In this document: piece by piece, positions 42,841 to 52,177 of the stretch
Numbering within the stretch: the stretch's first letter is position 1
Layout: each line of letters starts with the position of its first letter
From: an uncultured Acetobacteraceae bacterium
Lineage (GTDB): Bacteria; Pseudomonadota; Alphaproteobacteria; Acetobacterales; Acetobacteraceae
DNA: 64,000 nt
Direction: 5' to 3'
Assembly (NCBI GenBank): GCA_937873175.1
Contig: CALMVT010000347.1
Coordinates: forward strand, 2,754 to 66,753
Position numbers and translations under genes: made by a program
Notes under the pieces: generated by a model
The model's input: only the letters and a program-made list of their open reading frames with translations
What the model was told of the DNA's origin: nothing
Database searches by the model: none

Positions 42841-44238
42841 ATGGCGAACGAGATCCTGATCGTTGACGACGAACCTGACATCCGCATGCTGATTGAGGGC
42901 ATCCTCGAAGACGAAGGCTACACGGTCCGGCAGGCCGGCGATTCGGACGCGGCGCTCGCGGCCTTTCGCATGCGCCGGCCTTCGCTGGTGATCCTCGACA
43001 TCTGGCTGCAAGGGTCGCGGCTCGACGGCCTCGGCGTCCTCAAGGCGCTACTGACGGAGGAGCCGCACGTCCCCGTCGTGATGATCTCCGGCCATGGCAC
43101 CATCGAAACGGCGGTTTCTGCGATCCAGTTGGGCGCTTACGACTTTATCGAAAAGCCGTTCAAGTCGGACCGGCTGCTGCTGATCATCCGCCGGGCGCTG
43201 GAAGCGGCGCGGCTGGCGCAGGAGAATGCGGAGCTACGGCTGCGCGCCGGGTTTGAGTCGAACCTGACGGGGCACAGCTCCGCGATCACGGCTCTCCGTG
43301 CCGCCGTGGAGCGGGTGGCGCCGACCGGCTCCCGCGTGCTGATCAGCGGGCCCGCCGGGTCCGGCAAGGAAGTCGCGGCACGCATGGTGCACACGCGGTC
43401 GCGCCGGGCGGATGGGCCGTTCGTGGCGCTGAACTGCGCCACGCTGAACCCGGCCCGCTTCGAGGAGGAGCTGTTCGGCGTGGAGGCCGGCGCCGACCCC
43501 ATCGCCGCGCCGCGCCGTGCCGGCGTGCTGGAACGCGCGCATGGCGGGACGCTGTTGCTCGACGAGGTGTCGGACATGCCGCTGGAAACCCAGGGCAAGA
43601 TCGTGCGCGCTTTGCAGGACCAAACCTTTGAGCGCCTTGGCGGCTCGTTCCGCGTGAAGGTCGATGTCCGCGTGCTGGCCACCACCAACCGGGATCTGCA
43701 GGTGGAGATCGCCAATGCGCGGTTCCGCGAAGACTTATACTACCGCCTCGCCGTTGTGCCGATCCGCATGCCGAGCCTGAAGGAGCGGCGGGAGGATGTG
43801 CCGGAACTCGCCCGCTACTTCCTGGAACGCTCGGCGGAAACGTCCGGGATGCCAGGGCGCGACTTGTCCACCGATGCGCTGACCGCGCTGCAGGCTTACG
43901 ACTGGCCCGGCAACGTCCGGCAGCTCCGCAATCTCATGGATTGGCTGCTGATCATGGCGCCGGGCACCGCGAACGACAGCATCCGGGCGGAGATGCTGCC
44001 CGCGGAGATCAGCCAGGGCGCCCCGGCGCTGCTGAATTTCGATCCCAGTGCCGACCTGATGGGTCTGCCGCTGCGGGAAGCGCGGGACCTGTTCGAGACG
44101 CAGTATCTGCAGGCGCAGTTGCTGCGGTTCGGCGGCAACATCAGCCGCACCGCCGGGTTCGTCGGCATGGAGCGCAGCGCGCTCCACCGCAAGCTGAAGC
44201 AATTGGGCGTGAACTCCGACGACCGCGGGGCCGCGTGA
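42841..44238 (+). CDS. ntrX: response regulator NtrX (AAA+ domain without GAFTGA)
   Basis: REC domain, Walker A GPAGSGKE, and a C-terminal HTH. Where NtrC has GAFTGA, this protein reads ELFGVEAGADPIAAPRRAG. Confidence 0.92.
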   Translation: MANEILIVDDEPDIRMLIEGILEDEGYTVRQAGDSDAALAAFRMRRPSLVILDIWLQGSRLDGLGVLKALLTEEPHVPVVMISGHGTIETAVSAIQLGAYDFIEKPFKSDRLLLIIRRALEAARLAQENAELRLRAGFESNLTGHSSAITALRAAVERVAPTGSRVLISGPAGSGKEVAARMVHTRSRRADGPFVALNCATLNPARFEEELFGVEAGADPIAAPRRAGVLERAHGGTLLLDEVSDMPLETQGKIVRALQDQTFERLGGSFRVKVDVRVLATTNRDLQVEIANARFREDLYYRLAVVPIRMPSLKERREDVPELARYFLERSAETSGMPGRDLSTDALTALQAYDWPGNVRQLRNLMDWLLIMAPGTANDSIRAEMLPAEISQGAPALLNFDPSADLMGLPLREARDLFETQYLQAQLLRFGGNISRTAGFVGMERSALHRKLKQLGVNSDDRGAA

Positions 44239-45101
44239 GTCGGATCGCCTATGTCAACGGGCGCTACGTGCCGCAACGCGACGCCTGCGTGAACGTGGAG
44301 GACCGCGGCTACCAGTTCGCCGACGGGATCTACGAGGTTGTGCACCTTTACCGCGGCCGCTTCATCGACAGCGACCGCCACTTGGCGCGGCTGGAGCGCT
44401 CCCTGGCCGAGGTGCGGATCGCCATGCCCATGGGCCGGCCGGCGCTGCTGCATGTGCTGGCCGAGGTCGCGCGGCGCAACCGGGTGCGGGACGGGCTGCT
44501 GTATATGCAGGTGACGCGCGGCGTCGCCCGGCGCGACCACGCTTTTCCCATCCCCGGCGTGACGCCGTCCCTGGTGGTGACGGTGCGCCGCATCCCGCCC
44601 TATCCCACGGACATTGAGCGGTGGACGGCGCGCGCCATCACCCACCCGGATCAGCGCTGGGCGCGGTGCGACATCAAATCCACGGGGCTGCTGCCCAATG
44701 TGCTGGCCCGGCAGGCGGCGGCCGAGCAGGGCGCGGCGGAGGCCATCCTGATCGACGCGGCCGGCACTGTCATGGAAGGCGCCGCGACGAGCTTATGGAT
44801 CGTGGACGCCGGGGGCCGGCTGCGCACCCGGCACCTGGACCAGCACATCCTGCCAGGCTGCACCCGCGACGCGTTGCTGGCGGTCATGCAGGACGCCGGC
44901 ATCGCCTTTGCCGAGCAGGCGTTCAGCGAGGCCGAGTTACGCGCGGCGCGAGAAGCGTTCCTGACCAGCGCCACCAGCTTCGTGAAGCCCATCGTGGCGA
45001 TCGACGGCCAGCCGGTCGGCGATGGCCGGGTCGGCGCGGTGTCCCGCCAACTGTTCGCGTTGTTCGCCCGACACGTCCACGGCATGTCCAACGCCGCTTA
45101 G
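44235..45101 (+). CDS. dat: D-amino-acid (class IV) aminotransferase
   Basis: Motif EDRGYQFADGIYEV and a fold-type IV core. The GTG overlaps the ntrX stop (GTGA). Confidence 0.8.
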   Translation: MSRIAYVNGRYVPQRDACVNVEDRGYQFADGIYEVVHLYRGRFIDSDRHLARLERSLAEVRIAMPMGRPALLHVLAEVARRNRVRDGLLYMQVTRGVARRDHAFPIPGVTPSLVVTVRRIPPYPTDIERWTARAITHPDQRWARCDIKSTGLLPNVLARQAAAEQGAAEAILIDAAGTVMEGAATSLWIVDAGGRLRTRHLDQHILPGCTRDALLAVMQDAGIAFAEQAFSEAELRAAREAFLTSATSFVKPIVAIDGQPVGDGRVGAVSRQLFALFARHVHGMSNAA

Positions 45102-45254
45102 GACGTTTGGCAGACGCATCGTCGGGATGATGCTTAGGGTTGTTTAGCCAAGTGACGTTGCTAGGTTTGGCTGGCCGGCCCATATCCGGGCTTGCGGCAG
45201 CATCCTTGTGATTCCGGCACCCTGCCGGGGTCACACAACAAATAGGACACGAAC

Positions 45255-45536
45255 GTGGCCACTGAGAAATCGCAGAATGTTCAGGATGTTTTCTTGAACC
45301 ATGTGCGCAAGTCCAAAACTCCGGTGACGGTTTTCCTGGTGAATGGTGTCAAGCTGCAGGGCATCATCACCTGGTTCGACAACTTCTCGGTGCTGCTGCG
45401 CCGGGACGGGCATACCCAGCTTGTTTACAAGCATGCGATCAGCACCGTGATGCCGGGCGCGCCGATCCAGCTTTTCGACGCCAGCAAGATCGAAGCTGCG
45501 GCGCAGGAGGCGGGTTCTGGCAGCGGCGCCGGCTGA
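45255..45536 (+). CDS. hfq: RNA chaperone Hfq
   Basis: Sm motifs [25 protein letters not shown] and LVYKHAIST. The start is GTG with AGGA 7 nt upstream. Confidence 0.96.
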   Translation: MATEKSQNVQDVFLNHVRKSKTPVTVFLVNGVKLQGIITWFDNFSVLLRRDGHTQLVYKHAISTVMPGAPIQLFDASKIEAAAQEAGSGSGAG

Positions 45537-46809
45537 CACCGCCGCCGCGCCGATCCGCGCGGCGGTCGTCCTGCCCTGGGAAAAGCCGTCCCGGCAGGAC
45601 GCGTCCCGCGCGGCAGACGCCCAAGTGGCCGAAGCGGCGGGCCTGGCCGCATCCATCGGGCTGATGGTGGTGCACAGCGCCGTTCTGCCGCTGCGGACCC
45701 GGCGGTCGGCGACGCTGCTGGGCCAGGGCCAGGTCGCCACGGTCGGCGAGTCGATCCATGCCGAGGAGGTCGCCGTTGCCATCGTGGACGCGCAGCTCAG
45801 CCCGGTGCAGCAACGCAACCTGGAACGGGCCTGGGAATGCAAGGTCATCGACCGCACCGGCCTGATCCTCGACATCTTCGGGGAGCGTGCGCGCACCAAG
45901 GAGGGGGCGCTGCAAGTCGAGTTAGCGCACCTTGAATACCAGCGCAGCCGGCTCGTGCGCTCCTGGACACACTTGGAACGGCAGCGCGGCGGCTTCGGCT
46001 TCCTGGGCGGCCCCGGCGAAACTCAGATCGAGGCCGACCGGCGGCTGATCGGTGACCGCATTGTGCGGGTCAAGAAGGAGCTGGAGCAGGTGCGGCGCAC
46101 CCGCGGCCTGCACCGCAGTGCCCGGCAGCGCGTGCCTTACCCCATCGTCGCCTTGGTCGGATACACCAACGCCGGCAAGAGCACGCTGTTCAACACCCTG
46201 ACCGGAGCCGAGGTGCACGCGCAGGACCAGCTTTTCGCCACGTTGGACCCAACCATGCGCGGCTTGCGGCTGCCGTCGCACCGCCGGGTCATCCTGTCCG
46301 ACACCGTGGGCTTCATCAGCGACCTGCCGACCGAGCTGGTGGCGGCATTTCGCGCGACGCTGGAAGAGGTGAGCGAAGCCGACATCATCCTGCATGTGCG
46401 CGACGTGGCCCACCCCGACAGCGCGGCGCAGCGCGCCGACGTGGTGCGCGTGCTGGACGGCATGGTGAAGGATGGCGTGCTGGACACCAATTGGCCAGCC
46501 CGCACGATCGAGGTGCTGAACAAGGCGGACCTGATGGGCGGCATCGAGGCCGTGCCGGCCCGGGACGGCTGCATCGCCGTTTCGGCCATCACCGGCGACG
46601 GCCTTCCTGCGCTACTCCAGGCGATGGACGACCGGATTTCGGCGGGCATGGAGGTGGCCGATTACCACATCCCGGCTGCTGACGGCGCGCGGATGGCTTG
46701 GCTATACGAGCACGGCGAAGTGATGGAGCGGCGCGACGAGGAAGATGGCGTCCACATGGTCGTCCGCATGCTCGCCGCCAACCGGGCGCGATTCGAGCGC
46801 GGCGCTTGA
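45517..46809 (+). CDS. hflX: GTPase HflX
   Basis: G-domain motifs GYTNAGKST and DTVGF. The first canonical start is GTG 45625, but HflX-like N-terminal sequence ([11 protein letters not shown]...) continues upstream. AGGAGG lies 6 nt before CTG 45517. The start is uncertain (45517 or 45625). Confidence 0.88.
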   Translation: MAAAPADTAAAPIRAAVVLPWEKPSRQDASRAADAQVAEAAGLAASIGLMVVHSAVLPLRTRRSATLLGQGQVATVGESIHAEEVAVAIVDAQLSPVQQRNLERAWECKVIDRTGLILDIFGERARTKEGALQVELAHLEYQRSRLVRSWTHLERQRGGFGFLGGPGETQIEADRRLIGDRIVRVKKELEQVRRTRGLHRSARQRVPYPIVALVGYTNAGKSTLFNTLTGAEVHAQDQLFATLDPTMRGLRLPSHRRVILSDTVGFISDLPTELVAAFRATLEEVSEADIILHVRDVAHPDSAAQRADVVRVLDGMVKDGVLDTNWPARTIEVLNKADLMGGIEAVPARDGCIAVSAITGDGLPALLQAMDDRISAGMEVADYHIPAADGARMAWLYEHGEVMERRDEEDGVHMVVRMLAANRARFERGA

Positions 46810-47630
46810 GCGCTGCCGGGGACCTGGCCGAGGTTGTGCAGTTGGTCCGGGCCGTGGCCCGCGCCGAGATCATGCCGCGGTTTCGCAACCTTCGGCCCGG
46901 CGACGTTCAGGCGAAAACCGGCCCCCTCGACCTCGTGACGGCGGCCGACGAGCAGGCCGAGCTGCGCCTGGCCACGGGGTTGGGCCGGATATTTCCCGGC
47001 TGCGTCGTCGTGGGCGAGGAGGCCGCGTCACGCGACCCCACGTTGCTGGACGCGGTTGCGGCGGCGGATCTCTGCTTCCTGGTGGACCCGGTGGATGGGA
47101 CGGCGAACTTTTGCGCCGGGCTGCCGCTGTTCGGCACGATTGTGGCGGTGGTGCGCCGGGGCGTGGTGGTCGGCGCGGTGATCCATGACCCCGTGGGCGA
47201 CGACACGGCGATGGCCGCGGCAGGGGAGGGCGCCTGGCTGGAAACCGCATCGGGCGAGCGCGCCGCCTTGCACGTCGCCGCTCCCGTGCCGGTGGGCGCC
47301 ATGGCCGGCTCCCTGTCGTGGCGATACATGCCGGAGCCGCCGCAATCCCAGGTTTGCCGCAACCTGCCGCGCCTCGGCGCGGCATGGGATTACCGCTGCG
47401 CCGCGCATCAATACCGCATGCTGGCGGCGGGGCATTGCCACTTCAGCATCTACCACCGGCTGATGCCGTGGGACCACGCGGCGGGGTGGCTGCTGCACCG
47501 GGAAGCCGGCGGCTGGTCGGCGCGGCTCGACGGCACGCCTTACAGCTTGGCCGACACCACCGGCGGCCTGATCTGCGCGCCGGACGAGGCAAGCTGGCAC
47601 GCGCTCCGCGCGGCGTTGTTCGAGGACTGA
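46806..47630 (+). CDS. inositol-monophosphatase-family phosphatase
   Basis: Motifs VVGEEAA and FLVDPVDGTANF. The TTG at 46806 overlaps the hflX stop (TTGA). Confidence 0.85.
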   Translation: MSAAGDLAEVVQLVRAVARAEIMPRFRNLRPGDVQAKTGPLDLVTAADEQAELRLATGLGRIFPGCVVVGEEAASRDPTLLDAVAAADLCFLVDPVDGTANFCAGLPLFGTIVAVVRRGVVVGAVIHDPVGDDTAMAAAGEGAWLETASGERAALHVAAPVPVGAMAGSLSWRYMPEPPQSQVCRNLPRLGAAWDYRCAAHQYRMLAAGHCHFSIYHRLMPWDHAAGWLLHREAGGWSARLDGTPYSLADTTGGLICAPDEASWHALRAALFED

Positions 47631-47631
47631 G

Positions 47632-48426
47632 CTACTCGGCCCGCTTCACGGCGGCCCAAAGCGCCTCCATGGCGTCGAGCGTCGCATCAGCTGGGCTATG
47701 CCCCGCGTCCGCCAGGTGGCGCTCCACCGCGTTGAACCGGCGCGTGAACTTCGCGTTCGCCGCGCGAAGGCACGCTTCCGGGTCCAAGCCCAGCTTGCGC
47801 GCCAGGTTGGCAACGACGAACAGGATGTCGCCCACCTCGTCCGCCAGCCGGTCCGGGTCTGCGCCGGGCAGTTCGGCGCGGAGTTCCGCAACCTCCTCGT
47901 CGAGCTTGTCCAGCACGGCGGGCGCGTCTAACCAATCGAAGCCGACCCGGCCGGCGCGGCTGGTCAGCTTCGCGGCGCGGGTCAGCGCGGGCAGGCCGGC
48001 GGATACCCCGGCCAGAACCCCCGTTTCGGCGCGGGCCAAGCGCTCCCGGGCCTTCTGCTCTTCCCAGCCCGGCGGCCCCGGCGCGTCCGGCCCGGCCGGG
48101 AAAACGTGGGGGTGACGCCTGATCATCTTGTCCGTGATGGCGCGGGCCACGTCGGCAAAGCCGAACGCATCGGCTTCCTCGGCCATCCGCGCGTGATACA
48201 CCACCTGGAACAGCAAATCCCCGAGTTCGTCCGGCAGCGCCGCCATGTCGCGCCGCGCGATGGCGTCGGCGACCTCGTAGGCTTCCTCGATCGTGTAAGG
48301 GGCAATCGTCTCGAAGCTCTGCGTCTGGTCCCACGGGCATCCCGAGGCAGGATCACGGAGGGCGGCCATGACATGGAGCAGGCGGGCGACCTGCCGCCGC
48401 GCCTCGTCCGTCGCGGGGTCCGTCAA
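47632..48426 (-). CDS. mazG: nucleoside triphosphate pyrophosphohydrolase MazG
   Basis: Motif LRDPASGCPWDQTQSFETIAPYTIEEAYEV and duplicated MazG domains. The TTG at 48426 overlaps the upstream stop (TTGA). A GTG at 48453 is an alternative start. Confidence 0.9.
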   Translation of the reverse strand: MTDPATDEARRQVARLLHVMAALRDPASGCPWDQTQSFETIAPYTIEEAYEVADAIARRDMAALPDELGDLLFQVVYHARMAEEADAFGFADVARAITDKMIRRHPHVFPAGPDAPGPPGWEEQKARERLARAETGVLAGVSAGLPALTRAAKLTSRAGRVGFDWLDAPAVLDKLDEEVAELRAELPGADPDRLADEVGDILFVVANLARKLGLDPEACLRAANAKFTRRFNAVERHLADAGHSPADATLDAMEALWAAVKRAE

Positions 48427-49343
48427 GCGGCGTCCGCCAACCGCACTCCGCACTTGTCAAACGTCGCGAACAAGCGGGCAGCCGCTTCCCCGTCCAGACG
48501 CAGGTGCGGCGGGCGGATGTTCAGCCAGCCGTCATCCCCGGTGTGGCGCGCGACCAGCGCCTTGAGGCCCGGGATCAGCGCCGCCGAGGTCACGGACCGG
48601 CGCAGTGTGGTCAGCACCTCCTGCGCCGCGGCGCCGGCGTCGGCATCCCAGCCCGCGTAAACCTGCGCATTCACGGCAGACGTCACGTTGCTGGCCGCCG
48701 AGATCGACCCGGCGCCCCCGGCCTGCAGAAGCTGATGCAGGTGGCTGTCATCGCCGCAATACACCTCGAACCCGTCCCGCGCGAAGTGCTCGACATAGGC
48801 GCGGGTGTTGGCAAAGTCGCCGCTGCTGTCTTTGATGCCCTTGATGGCGTCGGGATAGGCGTGCAGCAGGCGGCCAACCAGCGCCACCGTGAACGGCACC
48901 GCGGACTGCGCGGGGAAGTGATACAGGAACACCCGCGCGCCGCCGCCGATGCGCTGGACGACCTCGCTGAACCAGGCGAACAAGCCATCCTCGCTCGGGT
49001 TCTTATAAAAGAACGGCGGCAAAACGAGGACGCCGGGGCAGCCGAGGTTGGCTGCGTGCCCGGCCAGCAGCACCGTGTCCGTCAAGGCCGGCGTGCCGAC
49101 GCCGGGCAACAGGCGGGCGGGCGGGATGCCGCGCTCGACCAGGCCTTCCAGCACCGCGATGCGCTCGGACACGCCGAGCGAGTTGGCCTCCCCCGTCGTG
49201 CCCAGGACCGCCAGGCCGTTGCAGCCATGGGCCAGCAGCCAGCGGCAATGGGCGGCCATGCGGTCCAGGTCGATCGACAGGTCCGCGCGCATCGCCGTCA
49301 GCACGGCCGCGTTCACGCCGCCGTACAACGCATCCTTCATCAT
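48423..49343 (-). CDS. dihydrodipicolinate-synthase/N-acetylneuraminate-lyase family protein (paralogue of unknown specificity)
   Basis: Motif [14 protein letters not shown] and a class I aldolase layout. The start overlaps the ycgN stop (ATGA). Confidence 0.8.
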   Translation of the reverse strand: MMKDALYGGVNAAVLTAMRADLSIDLDRMAAHCRWLLAHGCNGLAVLGTTGEANSLGVSERIAVLEGLVERGIPPARLLPGVGTPALTDTVLLAGHAANLGCPGVLVLPPFFYKNPSEDGLFAWFSEVVQRIGGGARVFLYHFPAQSAVPFTVALVGRLLHAYPDAIKGIKDSSGDFANTRAYVEHFARDGFEVYCGDDSHLHQLLQAGGAGSISAASNVTSAVNAQVYAGWDADAGAAAQEVLTTLRRSVTSAALIPGLKALVARHTGDDGWLNIRPPHLRLDGEAAARLFATFDKCGVRLADAA

Positions 49344-49816
49344 CCCGACCTCTGCTTGATGCGGCGCGGCACACGCGGCGAGCGCCCGGGCCAGTCCACG
49401 ACATGGTGCTCCAGCGGCCCGGCCCGGCGCTCGTTGACCACCCGGCCACGCACCGAGATGCCGGCCGTGTGCACGGTTTCCGGATTGCCGGACACCAGCG
49501 GATGCCACCAAGCGAGCCCCTTGCCTTCCGCCAGGCGGCGGTAAGCGCAGGTGGGCGGCAGCCAGTCGATGTCGTCCAAAGAGTCAGGAGTCAGCGAAAC
49601 GCAGTCGGGGACCTTGGCCTGCCGGGTCTCATACTGGCTGCAGCGGCAGGTCATGCCGTCCAGCAGGCGGCATGACACGTTGGTGAACGACAGCTCCTCC
49701 GTCTCGTCGTCCCGCAGCTTGTGCAGGCAGCAGCGGCCGCAGCCGTCGCACAGCGACTCCCATTGCGCCCGCGTCATGCAGTCCAGCGGCGTCGTCGTCC
49801 AGAAAGGCCGGTCCAT
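49340..49816 (-). CDS. ycgN: YcgN-family (UPF0260) cysteine-cluster protein
   Basis: Sequence [16 protein letters not shown]...[16 protein letters not shown]. Confidence 0.85.
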   Translation of the reverse strand: MDRPFWTTTPLDCMTRAQWESLCDGCGRCCLHKLRDDETEELSFTNVSCRLLDGMTCRCSQYETRQAKVPDCVSLTPDSLDDIDWLPPTCAYRRLAEGKGLAWWHPLVSGNPETVHTAGISVRGRVVNERRAGPLEHHVVDWPGRSPRVPRRIKQRSG

Positions 49817-49883
49817 GCCCGGCAGCTTAGCCAGGGCCGGGCAGAACGGAAAGGGCTACCGGCGAACAGTGTAAGGGGAACGG

Positions 49884-50654
49884 CTATCGCCGTGGGGCGC
49901 CGAGCGGCTGCTGCTGGATCGGCGCGGACCGCGGCGCCGGCTGCAGCGGCACGGGTGGGGGCAGGGCGGGGGGCGGCACCGCCTCGGCCTGCTGGCCGTA
50001 CTGGATCAGCACCTGCCGCAGCGGGTCGGCGGCCGGGTTGGTCGCCTCCATGCCGAGCACAATCTGCTGCGCCGCCACGGGCCGGCCGTAATAGGCGGCG
50101 TTCCAATCGGACTTGCTGCTCAGCAAGCTGCCGCTCAGCGACACGCCGGCATACAACCCGCGCGCCCGGGTGAAGCCCACGACGTCGGCGCGCAGCGCCG
50201 CCGTGGTCGCGCCCTCGATCCCGCCTCCCAGGTCCACAAAGGTCGCGCTGGCATCGGCGCCCAGCTTGAACTGGCTGTCCATGATGGCGCTCAGCCCCTT
50301 GTCGGACATGATCATCAGCATGACCTCCGCATCCTGCAGGCCCGCCTGGAAGCCGATGCTGCCGCCGCCGAGGCCGTAGAACGCCGGCGCCGACCATGAC
50401 CCGGCGGCGTCCCGCGCCACCAGCACGCAGCTCCCGCCCTGGCCGCCGAACACGAATCCCATCTTGAACACCTGGGGGCAGATCATGGTCGCGCGGGCGC
50501 GCTTCAGCACGTATTGCGCGTCCTTGCCGTCGCGGTCGTTCAGCATCTCCTGTGCCGCGAGCGTGGCGCGGTCCACCAACTGCTGCTGCTCGGACTGCGC
50601 ATGTGCGGCCAGCGGCACCAGGCTCAGTGCGGCCAGCAGAACGACACGGTTCAT
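49884..50654 (-). CDS. secreted SYLF (Ysc84/DUF500) lipid-binding domain protein
   Basis: Signal peptide MNRVVLLAALSLVPLAAHA and SYLF core GGGSIGFQAGLQDAEVMLMIM...FKLGADASA. Confidence 0.8.
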   Translation of the reverse strand: MNRVVLLAALSLVPLAAHAQSEQQQLVDRATLAAQEMLNDRDGKDAQYVLKRARATMICPQVFKMGFVFGGQGGSCVLVARDAAGSWSAPAFYGLGGGSIGFQAGLQDAEVMLMIMSDKGLSAIMDSQFKLGADASATFVDLGGGIEGATTAALRADVVGFTRARGLYAGVSLSGSLLSSKSDWNAAYYGRPVAAQQIVLGMEATNPAADPLRQVLIQYGQQAEAVPPPALPPPVPLQPAPRSAPIQQQPLGAPRR

Positions 50655-50681
50655 CGTGCATCTTCCTTCTTACGATGCACG
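50655..50681 (-). promoter_or_regulatory. 8-bp hairpin presenting the SD in its loop, directly abutting the SYLF gene start
   Basis: The minus strand reads CGTGCATC-GTAAGAAGGAA-GATGCACG-ATG. It was read directly; function is unknown. Confidence 0.35.
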
Positions 50682-50729
50682 ATCCTAGCGCCGGATTATG
50701 GCGTTACCAAGAACTGTTGACGTATTGCT

Positions 50730-51362
50730 TCAACCGATTTGGTCCTCAAAGCCGGGCGACTCGTTAACGGACACCACGCGCCAGCCTTCCGGCAAGCGTT
50801 CCAATTGGGTGAGAGACAGGTTGTAAACGGAAAGGTGCAGGGCGCGGCGGGCATCGATGTCCATCGCGTGCGCCACGGCGGCCCGGATGGCGCCCCCGTG
50901 GCTCACGATCACCACGTTCCGCCCGTCGAACCGCTCGGCCAGGCGTTCCAAAGCCGTGCCGACGCGCACAAGCACCTCGGCCATGCTTTCCCCGTTGGGC
51001 GGCTGTTCGTCGGCGGCCAACGGCCAGAACGCATGGGCCGGCGCGGACAGGAGGGGCGGCAGGGCGGCGTGGCGCAGCCCCTGGTAATCGCCAAGGTCCT
51101 GCTCGATCAAGTCCGGCTCGACCGCGAGGTCCTGCGCCGGGTAGCCCGCCTGGAAGATCGCCTCCGCCGTGCGGCGCGTGCGGGACAGCGGCGTGCAAAG
51201 CCAGGTTGCGGGCCGGGGCAGGCGCACGGCCAGCGCCTGATACATCGGCACCTGCGCCACCAGGCTGTCGGGGCAAAGCTGCACGTCCCGCACACCGTAT
51301 AGGGTGGCACGCTCGTTCTCCGCCACGACGGCATGGCGGATCAGCCAGAAGTTGGTGGACAT
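50730..51362 (-). CDS. histidine phosphatase (phosphoglycerate-mutase-like) family protein
   Basis: N-terminal motif WLIRHA, plus SRTRRTAE and VSHGGAIRA. The ATG shares 1 nt with the permease stop (TAATG). The upstream part of ORF 50730-52229 is out of frame within the permease gene. Confidence 0.8.
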   Translation of the reverse strand: MSTNFWLIRHAVVAENERATLYGVRDVQLCPDSLVAQVPMYQALAVRLPRPATWLCTPLSRTRRTAEAIFQAGYPAQDLAVEPDLIEQDLGDYQGLRHAALPPLLSAPAHAFWPLAADEQPPNGESMAEVLVRVGTALERLAERFDGRNVVIVSHGGAIRAAVAHAMDIDARRALHLSVYNLSLTQLERLPEGWRVVSVNESPGFEDQIG

Positions 51363-52177
51363 TACTCTCCTATGCTCAAGAGGGCGCCGCGCAGCCGGGC
51401 CTGGCGGAACTGGGCTGCGAACAGCCAGATCCCGGCGGCCATCCAGACGATGTTGAGGGCCACGGCCCAAGCGAGGTGGTCCCAGCGCACCACGCCGTCC
51501 AGCGCCGCGCGCATGCCCTCGAACACATGGGACGACGGCAGCGCGAGGGCAATCGGCTGCACTGCGGCCGGCAAGACGGAAACCGGGTAGAACACCGCCG
51601 AGAACGGCGTCAAGCCGAACAGCACCGACCAGGCCAGCGCTTCCGCCCCGGCGCCGTGGCGCAGGATCAGGCTGACGACGCCCAGCGCCACCCACCAGCC
51701 CATGACCATCAGGTTGGCGAAGAACAGCACCACCACTGGCCCTATGGCGAACAAGTTGAAGGCGTAAAGCAGGAAGGCGAGCAGGATCGCCGGCAGCACG
51801 CCGGTCAGCATGCGCAGCACGGAAATGCCGATCAGCGCCGACACCATTTCCCACGGGCGGATCGGGCTGACGAACACATGGCCGAGGTTGCGGGACCAGA
51901 GTTCCTCCAGGAAGCTGATCGCGACGCCCATCTGGCTGCGCAGCGCCACCTCCCACAGCAGCACGCCGCCGAGCAAGGCGCCTGCCGCCACGACCGCCGT
52001 GCTGCCTGCCCGCCCGACCAGGAAGCTGGTCGTGAAACCCCAGATGCACATCTGCAGGACCGGCCAGTACATCAGCTCCAGCAACCGCGGCCAGGACCGG
52101 CGGTAGAGTGCCAGGTGCCGATACGTCAGGCCCCAGATCCGACGCAGCGAGCCGCGCGATGCGGTGCCGCCCGTCAT
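51362..52177 (-). CDS. ABC-2-type transporter permease
   Basis: 271 aa with about 6 TM segments and a YadH/NodJ-like layout. A 4-nt overlap links it to the ATPase gene. Confidence 0.85.
   Translation of the reverse strand: MTGGTASRGSLRRIWGLTYRHLALYRRSWPRLLELMYWPVLQMCIWGFTTSFLVGRAGSTAVVAAGALLGGVLLWEVALRSQMGVAISFLEELWSRNLGHVFVSPIRPWEMVSALIGISVLRMLTGVLPAILLAFLLYAFNLFAIGPVVVLFFANLMVMGWWVALGVVSLILRHGAGAEALAWSVLFGLTPFSAVFYPVSVLPAAVQPIALALPSSHVFEGMRAALDGVVRWDHLAWAVALNIVWMAAGIWLFAAQFRQARLRGALLSIGE

Noticed and set aside
45102-45254. A sigma-54-like element (TGGCAG-n5-TCGT) upstream of hfq, tempting because ntrC lies nearby.
   Set aside because: The -12 element does not match TTGC (it reads TCGT), and the GG/GC spacing fits only loosely. 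There is not enough evidence.
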